64,000 nt of DNA from Tubiluchus corallicola. Its lineage: Eukaryota > Animalia > Priapulida. The DNA lies in NCBI GenBank assembly GCA_030141605.1, contig JAQGDQ010000005.1, forward strand, positions 1,612,180 to 1,676,179, given 5' to 3'. Both the position numbers and the translations under genes were made by a program. The notes under the pieces are model-generated. The model saw nothing but the letters and a program-made list of their open reading frames with translations, was not told the DNA's origin and did no database searches. Below are positions 1 through 13,137 of the stretch, piece by piece (the stretch's first letter is position 1; each line of letters begins with the position of its first letter).

Positions 1-8
1 TATTTTAG

Positions 9-2205
9 ATTGAAGATCTGTACCTCATGTTTGCAAAAAAAGCCTCTGCCTTTAATAGTTGGTTTGAAAATGCTGAAGAAGACCTGACAGATCCAGTGCG
101 CTGTAACTCCATTGAAGAAATACGGGTATGCATTAATAATATTATTTTGTTGTTTTTTTGGAGAAACCAAATTAGAACTGTTTTATCCTATTTGCAATGA
201 GCTCCACTACTTAAATGGTTGGCCAGCTTGTACCTTAGCATTTCGTACTTTTGCTTACACAGCGTCATCCTAATAAAATTTGTTGGTTGTGTTTCAGGCT
301 TTGCGTGAGGCTCATGCTCAGTTCCAGGCTTCACTTTCTTCAGCTCAGGCTGATTTTGAACAGCTGGCTGCTCTTGATCGTCAGATTAAAGAGTTCAATG
401 TTGGGCCAAATCCCTACACTTGGTTTACTATGGAAGCACTTGATGATACATGGCGTAACCTCCAGAAAATTATACAAGTTTGTACATTTTTGTTTTCTAA
501 TTATGTGTCTTGATAAGCTTGGTTTATCTTACATATCAGTACACTATTAGGTTTATTTGCCTGATAGACTTTGAGAGTACTATGGGACAGTTTTTTAGCA
601 TTTTAAGTTACACTGTTGGGAGATTCTGATTAGCAAGTTCTTACATCAAATGCAATTTTATCGACAGTTTCAAATAGGGGAACCTCATTGTGCATATTTT
701 TGTAGGAGCGTGAGGCTGAATTAGAGAAAGAATATGCAAGACAGGAGGAAAATGACAAGTTCCGTCGTCAGTTTGCCCACAATGCTAATGCTTTCCATGC
801 ATGGCTTACTGAAACAAGGTTTGCTTTATGACACTTTGTTAGTAACTTTACCTGTGTGATGAGTATGTTTTGCAGTTACTGGTATTCACTGCGTGCTTAT
901 GACATTCTTGCATTGTCTGTTGTCGAAAAATAGGTCTTCCATGATGGAAGGTTCCGGAAGCCTTGAAGCTCAATTGGAAGCAACAAAGAGAAAGCTTGCC
1001 GAGGTTAGATCACAGAGGACACAACTAAAGCAGATAGAAGATCTGGGAGCACTGCTAGAGGAACATCTTATTCTTGATAACAGGTGTGAATAATGCTACA
1101 AATTTGATAATTTTGATAACGTACTTTTGATAATTTGCTAGATAACGTTGGCATTCTTTCAGCTGTTTTTGATGAGATTGTTAATTATTCAGTTACTGAG
1201 ATGTTATTTCTTTATAGATACACCGAGCATAGTACTGTAGGCTTGGCACAGCAGTGGGATCAGCTTGATCAGCTTGGCATGAGGATGGTGCACAATTTAG
1301 AACAGCAGATTCAGGCTCGCAACATGAGTGGCGTAAGTGAAGAAGCTCTGCGTGAGTTCAGCATGATGTTCAAGTGAGTATTAAATGCATTTTTTAGTTG
1401 AAAGTAAAAGAACGTCATTTCATTTGACATTTGACTATTTTATTTTAGATGACTTTATATTCTAATTGTTTATTTTTCAGGCATTTCGACAAGAACAAGT
1501 CTGGAAAACTTGACCATGGAGAATTTAAGTCATGCCTTAGAGCTCTCGGTTATGATCTACCAGTTGTGGAGGAAGGGCAGCCTGAACCTGAATTTCAGCT
1601 GATCATAGATATTGTTGATCCCAACAGGTAAGTGCAATAAAAATTCTTCTGAATCTGCATTAGTTCTGTAAACTTTCCTTTTTATTTTCATAAATTTTTG
1701 GCTAGTATTAATGTATTTGCATGTACATGTATTTCTGTTTCAGGGATGGTCATGTATCCCTGCAGGAATTTATGGCATTTATGATCAGCCGTGAGACAGA
1801 GAATGTCAAATCTTGTGAGGAAGTGCTCAGTGCATTCAAGTCACTTACAGTGGGTGATAAACCTTACGTCATGGTGGAAGAGTTGTATCAGGTATTTAAC
1901 TCGCTTAAGTTTTGGTCTCGTGTTTCTTGTGCTTAAATTTTGGGGCAATATTGTTTAATCTTTTCAAAATAGAAATGACACTTATTTGTGTTATACTGTT
2001 TTATAATGTTTGTGTTGAGGGGCTCATAACTGTAAGTTGTTTATAACTTGTACATTAAAATTTTTCAATGCAATTGCAGAATTTAACACCAGCCCAAGCG
2101 GATTACTGCATTGCCCATATGAAGCCGTACGTGGACGACCGAGGGCGCACAATCCAAGGAGCTTTAGACTATGTTGATTTCTGTGAATCACTCTTCAATA
2201 ATTAG
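9..2205 (+). CDS. SPTAN1: Alpha-spectrin (non-erythroid type), last 8 coding exons; gene starts left of window
   Basis: Exons 9-125, 298-477, 706-818, 934-1083, 1218-1373, 1481-1627, 1744-1891 and 2080-2205 have GT-AG borders and consistent phase. Peptides [38 protein letters not shown] and [19 protein letters not shown], plus EF-hands [24 protein letters not shown] and [13 protein letters not shown], are diagnostic of the alpha-spectrin C-terminus. Stop TAG ends at 2205. Confidence 0.96.
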
Positions 2206-4431
2206 CCTCTTTTACTAATGTAGCAAAAATAAAGAAAAAACAGGTTGTGCGCTAACTGCTGATATTGTGAAAGCATTTATATACTTTTATGAATATTTAT
2301 ATGCATATTAACATTACTGTCATCTAGTGTTACTATTCTAATTATACCATTATTACTTTTAGGGCTTAAATATAATAGGCATTGTACTTACTATTAAATG
2401 TCGTTCATGTCTTTACTGTTAGTACAAAATTCTGGTTCTTGCTGTCTATTGGATAATGTGAATCAGACATTATTTAACTATTACTAACATTTAGATAAGG
2501 CATTAGCAAGCTCTTGACAGTACTAACTACATGTAGTTAGAGTTGTGCTGTAAGCGTAGAACCGCTCTGTTGCTAATGTATTTTGGTTTTGGATGGCGAC
2601 CTAAAACCCAAGTACATTACGCTTTTTGCGGTTTTGCTTCGATATAGGTAATTAGTAACCTCTCTTTGCATTGTTAATCAGAATTTTGACGGTGCTCATA
2701 GATCAGTATGGCTGCACTAATGTTCCTGCATAGTAAAAATATACAAGGATACAAACTTATGAGCACAGTTGGCTTAGTCGTACCCAGTGGCATCATGCGT
2801 GTTGATGTAGTGCTATGAGATAAGCAAGCACGGTGAATTTTACACACAACAATAAGAAGCATGATTTCTTGATTATTGCTAATTAATGGTTCTTACAGTC
2901 CGTGTGCTTGTTGTTTAGATCTTTGTATGTTTTTTCTCTGTGCAGGTATTATAAATATTACCTTAGGAGTGTTCGCTTTTTCATTTAATGTAATAATCTT
3001 ATTTGTAACCTTTTTTGTTTGTGTTAGTTTTTTCCTATTGAATGGCCTAGGGCTAAGCTACACTAGATGCAGTTTTGGTAAATTTTTTGTTGCTTTCCAA
3101 TTGTGTTGTGCTTCCAAGGTTGTGCAAGTTGCATTTATATTTAAATCTGCAAGCTTTTGCTAGGCATCACATTAGCACAAATTATTTACTTCCATATTTT
3201 AGGAATTAGGATACTTGACTTCCTTCTTTTAATCTGTATTTCTTGCAAGGTATACAGAGTGACTTCTGATTTAACTGTTTCCCATTTTATGTATGTCTTT
3301 TGTTTTAAATTGGTAGTTTTACAAATTCAAAATCTTAAATTTGCAGGTATATAACTTCGTACAGTGTTAAAGTAACTCCAATTCTTATTACAGTGCTGAC
3401 TCATATGTTATTACATATATAAGCCGCATTTTCATTGAATTTCTTGCTTGTTTTACAATCTTTTACATGTCATTAATGCTCGAAAGTCTTAACTAAGCAA
3501 ATTCGGAGTTATTATAAATGAAATCATTAGTGTGGGTTTATGGATAAAAAAGATTGATTCAGTATCCCTGGTACCTTAACGGTCATAATACAGTTTCTTT
3601 AAACAGTTAAAAGTCTAATAAATAAATTTTGGTTCACCATTTTTTCTGACTTTTTAATTTAGTGTTGATAACATGTTGATATAGTGTTGATGACTGACTG
3701 ATAATAAATAGACAGTATATTAGTAGCAGTACTACACTGTAGCGAAATGTCGCTGTTTAAATGTATTTTTTCCAATGGTATCCATAGACTTTAGTATCCC
3801 TGATCTTTGCACCAATTAATCAGATATTCAGTTCAAAAACTAATTACTAAAAGGCGGCTCATATTTCGTACGGTGTACTGATATATTTAGACGAATTTGA
3901 TTGGCCATATTCTTAATAAAATAAGAAGTGTTGGTGTCTTGAAGTGGAAAAATACACAGGTTCTAAAATTTGTGTGAGAATTGCTGTTTAACAACTACTG
4001 ACTTAGATCCCATTGAATGGGGCATGAAATTAGTGAATCACTGTCAGTGTAATTGTGCGTTTGTAAACATCCAAATGCACAAAAAAATTGGGAGCAGAAT
4101 CTCAAAAAAATGTTGTTTTATTTAGTGTTGCCAGCTGAAGCTATGGAATGGCAAACAATTATCTCTATTAATCAAGGAGACAAAGTTGCTGTGAAGTCCT
4201 CGCACATGTGAATCTGATTTCACCAATTGGATTTTTTTAAACCTGCGTTTAAACAAATTTTGTATTAGTATAATTATAAAGTACGTAATGCCAGTGGCTC
4301 TATGAAGGGCTGCTAGCTATAGGTGACTAACTTTTCCCAAACTGGGATGTCTGACGACTGCGTAATCGAAGTTATAAGATCAGTACGTGGCATACTGTTG
4401 AGGAATCAGCCTAAGTGATTTTAGAAAATCC

Positions 4432-4491
4432 TATTTGCCAGCTAGGGTTTTAGTTTCATAATATTTGCCAGTTAGGGTTTTAGTTTCATAA
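4432..4491. repeat. 30-bp tandem duplication (2 copies)
   Basis: tatttgccag(c/t)tagggttttagtttcataa repeated head-to-tail with one mismatch. Confidence 0.9.
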
Positions 4492-4894
4492 TTGTATATA
4501 TAGACATAGACATTTTATTTATCTCCTCATTTACACCAATATATGATAGTATTGCCACTTTTTACACAGTGCTAAAATATAACATTTGGATAGGTTTTAC
4601 ATGACTATTTTAGAAGTCACGCGTAAGTCAATTATTAACTCAGAACTAAACCGTGGAATTAAGCGGACCCAGATGTTGTACTAACTGGCTTCCCTATCAC
4701 AGTTTGTTAGGAGACAAGGACAGAAAAAATGTAGAAGACTTAACAGCAAATAAAATTTTAGACGAAGATGAATACGTTGCTCATACTGTCCTGACTGTTC
4801 TCTCAGTTTACGTAGTACATGATACAGTAGCTCTTGACTCTGGTGTTACCAGGACGAGCAGGTGTTACGCTATTATTTTTTCAACTTTCACTAC

Positions 4895-4931
4895 AGATGG
4901 CGACAAAAGAACATGTCAGAACTAGCGGGAA
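4895..4931 (+). promoter_or_regulatory. Putative RTEL1 promoter/TSS-proximal motifs (YY1-like AGATGGCG, E2F-like GCGGGAA)
   Basis: AGATGGCG at 4895-4902 and GCGGGAA at 4925-4931, in a CpG-richer patch ~0.5 kb upstream of the RTEL1 ATG. A possible donor (G|GTAAC) follows. Function is inferred from motif match only. Confidence 0.35.
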
Positions 4932-5415
4932 GTCGGTAACAGTATTCTAGTAAACGCAGATTTTAGTAATTGATCATAATAAGTGTATTACGATGCCAGT
5001 CAGTCCATTCAGAGGTTTGTTGCAACAATAACCAATTAATAGTTAGAATAGTATATAATATTAAAAACGCGTGAGATAAAACAAATAACAGAAGTTTAGC
5101 AACAGAGACAACTATGGGCAAAAAGCCTACTTAGGCTTCGCCCTGTCGATCTACTTTAATTTTTAATCTTATTCACTGGAGGGGGACATGACTGGAATTC
5201 ACTGTTTTGTGTTCAGTTGTCTTGCTAGTAAATGTCGTAGCCTCGTATTGAATTTTGTTTGGAGTTAAATATGTAGATATACCTCTGCAATTTGTATTAC
5301 ACATTTTTGTTACTGCTTAACAGCTTGTGACACTATGCCTATACGGAAGCTGGAATTTAAAGCGTGACTGTACCCTACAACATTAAAAGAATTAAAGCAA
5401 GCTTTCGTTTGAAGC

Positions 5416-8400
5416 ATGTCTATGACAGTTAACATTGATGGGCTTGAAGTCTCTTTTCCTTTTGAACCGTATGAATGTCAGAAGAGTTATATGAGAAGTG
5501 TAATAACCTGTCTGAGGCAGGTGAGTAACTTTTTGTGTATTATAAAATAGTAATCAACTTTTGTTTTTTATTTTTAGTAATCAATTACGTTCTGATTCTT
5601 CCACCTTTATTCAATATTAGTAGTAGTGTTTGCAAAATTGTGACACACTGTAGTGTGTCAAATTGTATATGAAAAAATAAAGATATAGATAAAAAAGTCC
5701 TTTGTTTTAAGGCAATTTTATGGCTTTTACTGAGAACAATGGCTCCTGTTTTGCAGACCAAAACTCAGATGCTTTGAATGAAAAATTAATGCTTTTTTAA
5801 ATTTAGGGTGTGAATGGTATCCTGGAAAGTCCTACTGGCACTGGTAAAACCTTATCTCTACTCTGTTCAAGCTTATCTTGGCTTGAATCTCAGAAAGCTC
5901 AAGTAAGTTAAGATCAAAGACAATAAAAAGTTTGTTGTTTTGAAACCATTGTTGAGATTTGCTGTTGTTGAACTCAGGCAATGCGAATTGCTTAGGACTA
6001 GTTGCACACTTATAATGTACCTTTCATGATTGGGTTGTCCGATATTTATCCGGACCTGTATTTATCCGTGATTTCGGTGCAGTATTTCTTGGTATTGCTA
6101 CTCTAACGATTTTTTGCTGCATTGTCAATACAATAATGATACTAGGTTATTTTCTGTATCAGTTCGATATGAGATTTGAATCATTAATGATTGACATTCG
6201 ATAATTTCGTTTAACAACACTATTTAAAGGTTCTCCAGTTACATTAGTTCAATGTTAATTTTAGTAAATGACAATATCAGTGTGTAAACAGTGCTAGCTT
6301 GCATACTGCGTACGGTAATGACATTTAATGGCGAGAAAGATGAAGCTGCTTTTGAAGCAGAAACTTAATCTAGTGGCCTTTTATTATGCAATTTTTGATG
6401 ATTTTTTTTATTAATAAATTAATATTCAAAATGATTTTTTACTATATAAAATCTTTATTAATGTTAGCAACACTGTTTTTCTGTAGCAAAATATGATTTG
6501 ATACTAGACAGTTTCCCTCCTGGATATATCTATTTTTTATTATTTTTGTTTTTTTACTTTTAGTTGTATGATCTAGTTCTATAATACACCATCTAAGTAT
6601 TGTATGCTACGAAGCTGCTTTTCTGATTTGCGGAATATGAAAAACTCTAATTAGATGTGAATTTATTAAATTTCTTCAGAATTTTTACCATTAGTTACCT
6701 GGCTGTTGATAGTGATGATATTACATCATTTGTAGGTTGAGATGTCTAAGCTTACATTTACCACCAAGGAGATTGGTAGCACTTTTTCTAAACAGCTGGA
6801 ACAACAACTACAAGAAGCTGCCGGTTTGGTGTGGGATACTCAAAATCAAACAGGTATTATATTTTTGTGCTAGTTTAGTCCAAGTCTAGGACTACTGTTT
6901 GCAACTTGTGTTTAGCCTTCATGTTACGAGTCTTGTGATAAACGTGGCTCCAAATATTTGCTAGAAAGATAAGAAGAAAAAGTGGCTAAAAAGTAAGGTT
7001 AATAAAGATCATTGGGAAAGCATGTGTGTAAATCCCATGGTTATGCCATAGTTAATATCACTAACAATGAATTAAAGAAAAAATTATTGCAACTCCTAAG
7101 TTAGTTTAAAACCTACCTTCTAGATACTGCAAAATTTTGTTTTTATTAGTATCATTGATTATAAATTTTAGAAATTAAATGAGCTACCTTTAACGTTGCC
7201 TTTAAGTATTAAAATATTGCAGAGATTGTTGCAGCTGGGGGAAGTTTTTATTTAGAAACCTTTTAGACTAAATGAATGTTTTAAAAACCGCTACTGATTT
7301 TGTTTATTTGTATATTTGCAAACGTATTTAGTTTTAAGTGCTCAGACTTTAGCCATAGAGTCTATGAATGATTGATTTAATTATTCTTTTCTTTAAATTG
7401 CTTAAAATTTTGACAAAACTAATGCTTGGTTTTGGAGTTTTAGAATTTGCTGAATATTGGTTTCGTTTGCATTATAGCATTTAGGGGATATCCAAGAATA
7501 ATTTATGCATCACGGACACATTCTCAGCTTACTCAGGCTATTCAAGAGTTAAAGCGAACTACATACGGAAAATGGTATTGATTTATAATTTTCTGTTTCA
7601 TTAAATTGCTTATAAGATACAAGCATTTTATCTTCTGAAAGCTATATGAGAAAAGAAAATTTCTATTTTTTCCATTGCAAACCAGGATTTGTCACTCATT
7701 GGCAGCGCCTATTTAATATGGATACGTAGTTGTGGTGAGACCGAAAGCCTGCTCTAGAATTTCAAAGTACTCGTTATGAAGATAAACTTCTGTAGTGAGA
7801 TTTTCATTGGCAAAGTTATCTTAGCAATGTATTACTACGACCGTGTCATGTTGTAATGACAGAAATACTTTGATGTGAATGCAGATGTAATGCAGTTTTA
7901 TGGCTAACACCCTGTTATAAACAGGCTCAGGGTTGCTTTTTTGAGTCGCTAATCGCATGTGGTGGCTATTCAATTATTCTACTCTTCCCAAACGTGAGGC
8001 ACATACTGTATTACATAGTGTGTGTTGAAATTAGATGTTTATTCAAATTAGAAAATCATGTGTTTTTTGCTTTAGGGTTCGTTCATGCATACTGGGTTCC
8101 CGAGATCAGCTTTGCATTCATTCCAAAGTCTCAACATTGGATAACAATAGTGCCAAAATTCATGTCTGTCGACAAATGGTGAAGGAAAGAAATTGTTGGC
8201 CTTATAGAAATTTTGATGGTACATAGAAGAAAAATATTTTGAAATTTTAATATGATACAGTTTTCTAATTTTAGTGTTTTGTTTCAATGTCATCGAAAAT
8301 AAAATTAAATACATCTTTATTATAATAATGCTGAATCTAATGTGTGCATATATACGTGTTTTTTTAATTTTTTGACAGATCGCAGACAAAAGACTATGGA

Positions 8401-11400
8401 CTTAGTAAAAGATCTGTGTCAAAGCGAGAAGGCTGGTGGTGTTGTGGACATTGAAGATTTAGTTAAAATGGGAAGAAAGCATCTGTAAGTTAATAGAGAC
8501 ACTTGCAATCTCTTTACTTTTGCTTGATTGTCTGTCTCATCTGTAAAATGTGTTTGTTTTACTTCATCTAACACATGGTAGATAAAGCATTAGATAGTAA
8601 AAAGATGACTGTCCAACTTGTTTTATATGTAAAAGCTTTGTGGTACAGTAAAATAAAAAATCGTTTTTTAATTAGAACCAGAAAGTTTGTTGTTTAACAT
8701 TTTTTTCAAAATAATGTGTAATATTTGTATTACTTAAGTTTTTTAGTGCAAGATTTCTTGTATTGCTTTCGTTTTTTCTTCCTGTTGCTTATGATTATTT
8801 TTATAGTGAGAGTAAATTGTTAATTTTCAGACTTTGTCCATTTTACATGGCCAAAGAAGGACAAAACAATGCTGATATAGTGTTTATGCCCTACAACTAC
8901 CTTCTTGATCCTGAAGCTCGTCGCTCAAACAAGATTGATGTTGCTGGATGTGTTATAATTTTTGATGAAGCCCATAATCTAGTATGCTTTTGCTTATGTT
9001 TTTCCTTTTCCAGTTTTAATTTCATTATTTTTGTGTTTTTGCTGCACACTGTCTTTGGAAGTTTAGATGTTTATTTTTTCGTTTTTTTGGGTTTATTTCG
9101 TGTAGGTGTTGACCTTTTATTATACAGTTTAACAGTTTGTAAGATTAAATCTGGTATGCAGCATTATAGTTATTGTATAATATAGATTACTGTGGTAGGA
9201 CCAGAACCTAGCTCATTGTCAAAAGTAATAATTATTCTGAGATGAGATGTTGGACCAACAGAGGTGTTCATGCATTTTTTCCTCAAAAAAAGTAAGTACC
9301 TGGGGGCAGTTTGGCAGAACAAACCATTACCAATTTAAGCAAATTTTCTTGGCAGTCACCTGTTCATTTACTAACCACCCTCAATGCTGTTTAACTTCAA
9401 TTGCTAAGCAGACATAATAACCACTCAACTAATTCATGTCATAATCATCTGTCCTAAATCAGTGTACACTTCGCAAAAATTTAATGGTAGGTCATGTACA
9501 TGGACTTAGAATATTTGGTAAGTGATGGAAATGTCGACAATACAAAAATGGAAGGTACAAAAACATATCCAGAACAGGTCATAGGCTAGACAGTGTGAAG
9601 CTTTGAAAAGCAAAAAATTTAGAACAGGAACAAACAGAGTTAGTGCTAAATATTAACAAACGAAGCAGTCAATTAACAAATCCGGACTCTCTCTCTCTCT
9701 GTGTGTGTGTTTGAAATGTTAATAAGTCAAAATCTGATACACAGCTGAACGATCTTGTGAGGATTAATTGTAAAACGAAGTGACCACCAGACAAAGTAGC
9801 TGCAAACGAAAGTGCCAATAGTGTAGCTAGTGGAGATTCTAACTGGCTTTAGATCTGAAGTACTAATGTTAGTGTTGGCTTACTGCCTGTATTTACTGTA
9901 TTTATAAATTATTTTTTCATTTTTGTTATATTTGTCAAACAAGTATATTATTTATCTAACTGACTTGGTGATTACTAATTAAAATCGTTATTTGACAGGA
10001 GCAAATTTGTGAGGAAAGCGCTAGTGTTGAGTTAAAAGCAAGCGAGTTAGCCATGGCTGTCAATGAAGTTACAGAGATGCTCAATCATCTTATGCAGCAG
10101 CAGAGACATGAGGAAATCTTGGGCGTAGCAACTGAAGCATCCACATCAGGTACCTGAAAAAACCTTGTTATAATGAATTAATAATTGGTTATTGGGCAGG
10201 AGTGCCTGTAATAACTGACAGTCCGCAATAACTGTGCAATACATTTATAGTATGCGTTATTGAAAAAAATGACCAGTAAACCCGCACAAGATCCAATAGT
10301 CACAATATACACATGCATGTAGATACTACTGATACAAGATATAAGATAGACACAAGATACTACAGAGCTTTGCACATCTGTTGTGGTTCTTATAAAGGAG
10401 TACATCCAGTTTCCTATTTAAAGAGAGTTTGTTGAACATGTAAATTGTCTGTTTCAGACTATTCTGTGGATGACCTTACATTACTGAAAACGCTGCTGCT
10501 GGAATTAGAATCTGCTATTGACACGTTAGAATTAAATCCTCAGACGAAGACATTGAAGAAGTCCGGCGAGTAAGTTACAGTAAGTCCTCGCTTAACGATG
10601 CTAATGCGTCCCAAAAAAGTGCAAGGTTAAGCGAAATGTCGTTAAATGAAGCCAATGCTTCCATAGAAAGTAATGTAATAGAATTTAGATACACTCCAGA
10701 GACTAAAGTCAATACTGCTTAAATCATATAAGTTAAACATTCTATGAGTTTTATTCATATTTCTACTGATTATTTTTCTTCCTGTTTGCCTGGAGCCACC
10801 TATATATTTTACTTACCAATACCTAGCTATAGCGGTTTCTTTTTCGTTAACATAAACACTGCAGAGTCAAGCCCTAAGGATACCTCAGGAATGTTACCTT
10901 TCTTCCTTGGTTGCCGGCAAAATTGGTCGCTGGACACATACCGCTAGCAATACAGTAGTAGCGTCAGTAGTCAGTGTAGAAAGCAAAAATGTGTAATAAT
11001 TACACTATTTACATAACTAGTGTGTTTTTTAGAACAGAATAATGCAATAGATGCTGTTTTAATGCATCAAATGCGGTAAAAATTTTACTATAAAAAAAAT
11101 TTGCCTTGAGCAAAGTAAAAAAATTGTCGTTAAAGCAAAACATGCGTCGTTAAGTGAAAATAGGTGTCAAATGATCGGCGTCGTTGAAACAAAATGTCAT
11201 TAAACGGGTAGTCGTTAAGTGAGGACTTACTGTATGACAGGGGTTTTGCCATCAAGAAAATTTTCATGTCCTGCTTATTTTTTTGTAGATTTTAGCTTTT
11301 GAAATGTGATGACAAATGTGGTAATTGTACCTGATATAGTTCAAGTGTTGAATTGCTGTTAAGTAAACATCCGGTCTGCAGTTCGTGCGAGATTATGTTT

Positions 11401-13097
11401 TCTTTCGGCCTAAACAAAGTTTTTAACTTAAGCAAAAAATTTGTGGTCATTAATTTTTGTGTGTTGCTGTATAATGCTTGCTAAATTACCAGCATCTAGG
11501 AAAGTAGTTTGTGATGTATTCGTTTCTGTTGATGTCTATCACCACTTGTTCTATGTGCAAGCCAATATATATATATATTATTCTATATGACATAAAATAT
11601 GCATCTGATTTTAAAGTGTCTTTTATGCAGCTATTTAATCGTTCTACTGGACATGGTTTTGTAAATCCACTCATTATTAATCTATATTTATTAATTTTAG
11701 ATTTATGCTAGAGCTGCTTAGAAAGGTTAACGTGAGGTCAGACAATGTGCCATTTATTCTTGACCTAATAGATAAAATTATCAATGATTTAACTCTTGGC
11801 GGAGTGGGGCACAGTCGAAAAGGAGCCGGTTTGTCTAAAGTTGCTAATCTGTTCAAAGTATGTGTATGTAATTTCTTTATAATTGCTTGAGGATGCAGTT
11901 TTTGGTGAAATGTTTCACCAGTTTAGTTATTATTTTACTAACAACTGACTAGTTACTTTTGCATAGTACTAGTGAATTTATAGAAAGTATGACAGCCGCA
12001 CCATTAGAGTAACAGTATTATGTGTTGAGACAGATTAGTAACAGTAGTAAATGTTTTAGCAATGCAGTTGATTACATGATTTAGATTTTTTGGTTCCATG
12101 GATTCGTTGTTAGCTGAGGCCTGTGTTATTACTTCTGGGCCAGGAATTAAGGCGTGTGATAACTGTGGTCTAATTGGAAGTGTGTTTTTTTCTGTTTTTA
12201 TTAATTTCAGCTTATGTGCATTTCCATAAAACTATGGATATACATGTTACAGGCAATGTGGAAAATTTAGACATTTTATAAAATTCCTAGGCATTTTATA
12301 TAACGCCTATGCATTTCCAGAACAGTGCAAAATAAATGTTTCTGCTGTGACTCTCACACTTTTTCTAGATGTTTTGTACAATAATTAGGATTTATAAAAA
12401 ATGCATAAAGTGACTTTGCAATGTGTAAAATGAACATTGAATTGAATTTTTCCTAGCTGTTTTATATATTACCTATGCATTGTATGAAATGCATAAAACA
12501 ATTTAGCTAACTTACTAAACTAAAGCAAGCAATTTTTGAGTGAGTTAATTGTTTTATTGGAGGCGAGGGAAATGTCACCATCTCTGACATACTGCTGAAT
12601 CAGGTGGATCACTTTCCATATCGAGGAACCTGGGACTGGATTCATAAAGTTTTTACGAAGAATAATTTCCTCAACTTGTTTGTGCATAAAAATGTTCTTA
12701 ACACTATGCACGAATTCGTTAAGCCTCTCTGTCTACCTATCTGTTTGCCTACCTACCTATTTATCTATCCACCAGCTAACCAAGTGAATTCAAATTCACA
12801 CATTCGCTAAAATAAAGTTGACTTTATATGAACTGCCTAAGATTTTTATATCAGAACAATTGAATGTTTGTTTTATTTTTAGATTAGCTACAATTTAATC
12901 AGCATTTTATAGAATAATCTAGGAAAAATATATTCAAAAATCTAAGTAATACGCACTTTGCCTAGAAAGACTTTTACATTATATATAATGTCCAGGAAAA
13001 GTGTAGAAGGAACTATTTTAGACACTACCTGATTTGTTTTGTCGCTCTATAAAATGCCTAAACATTCTATAGAATACCCAATTTCACACTTTACCTG

Positions 13098-13137
<40 letters not shown>

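Noticed and set aside
854-910. C-box-like GTGATGA motifs in introns (also ~20161, ~22979, ~23131, ~26793) as snoRNA candidates
   Set aside because: No properly spaced D box with a terminal stem.
4441-4480. TTAGGG-like hexamers upstream of a telomere helicase gene (also aaccctaaa at ~15700)
   Set aside because: Only one or two isolated units inside a local duplication; not a telomeric array, so probably coincidence.
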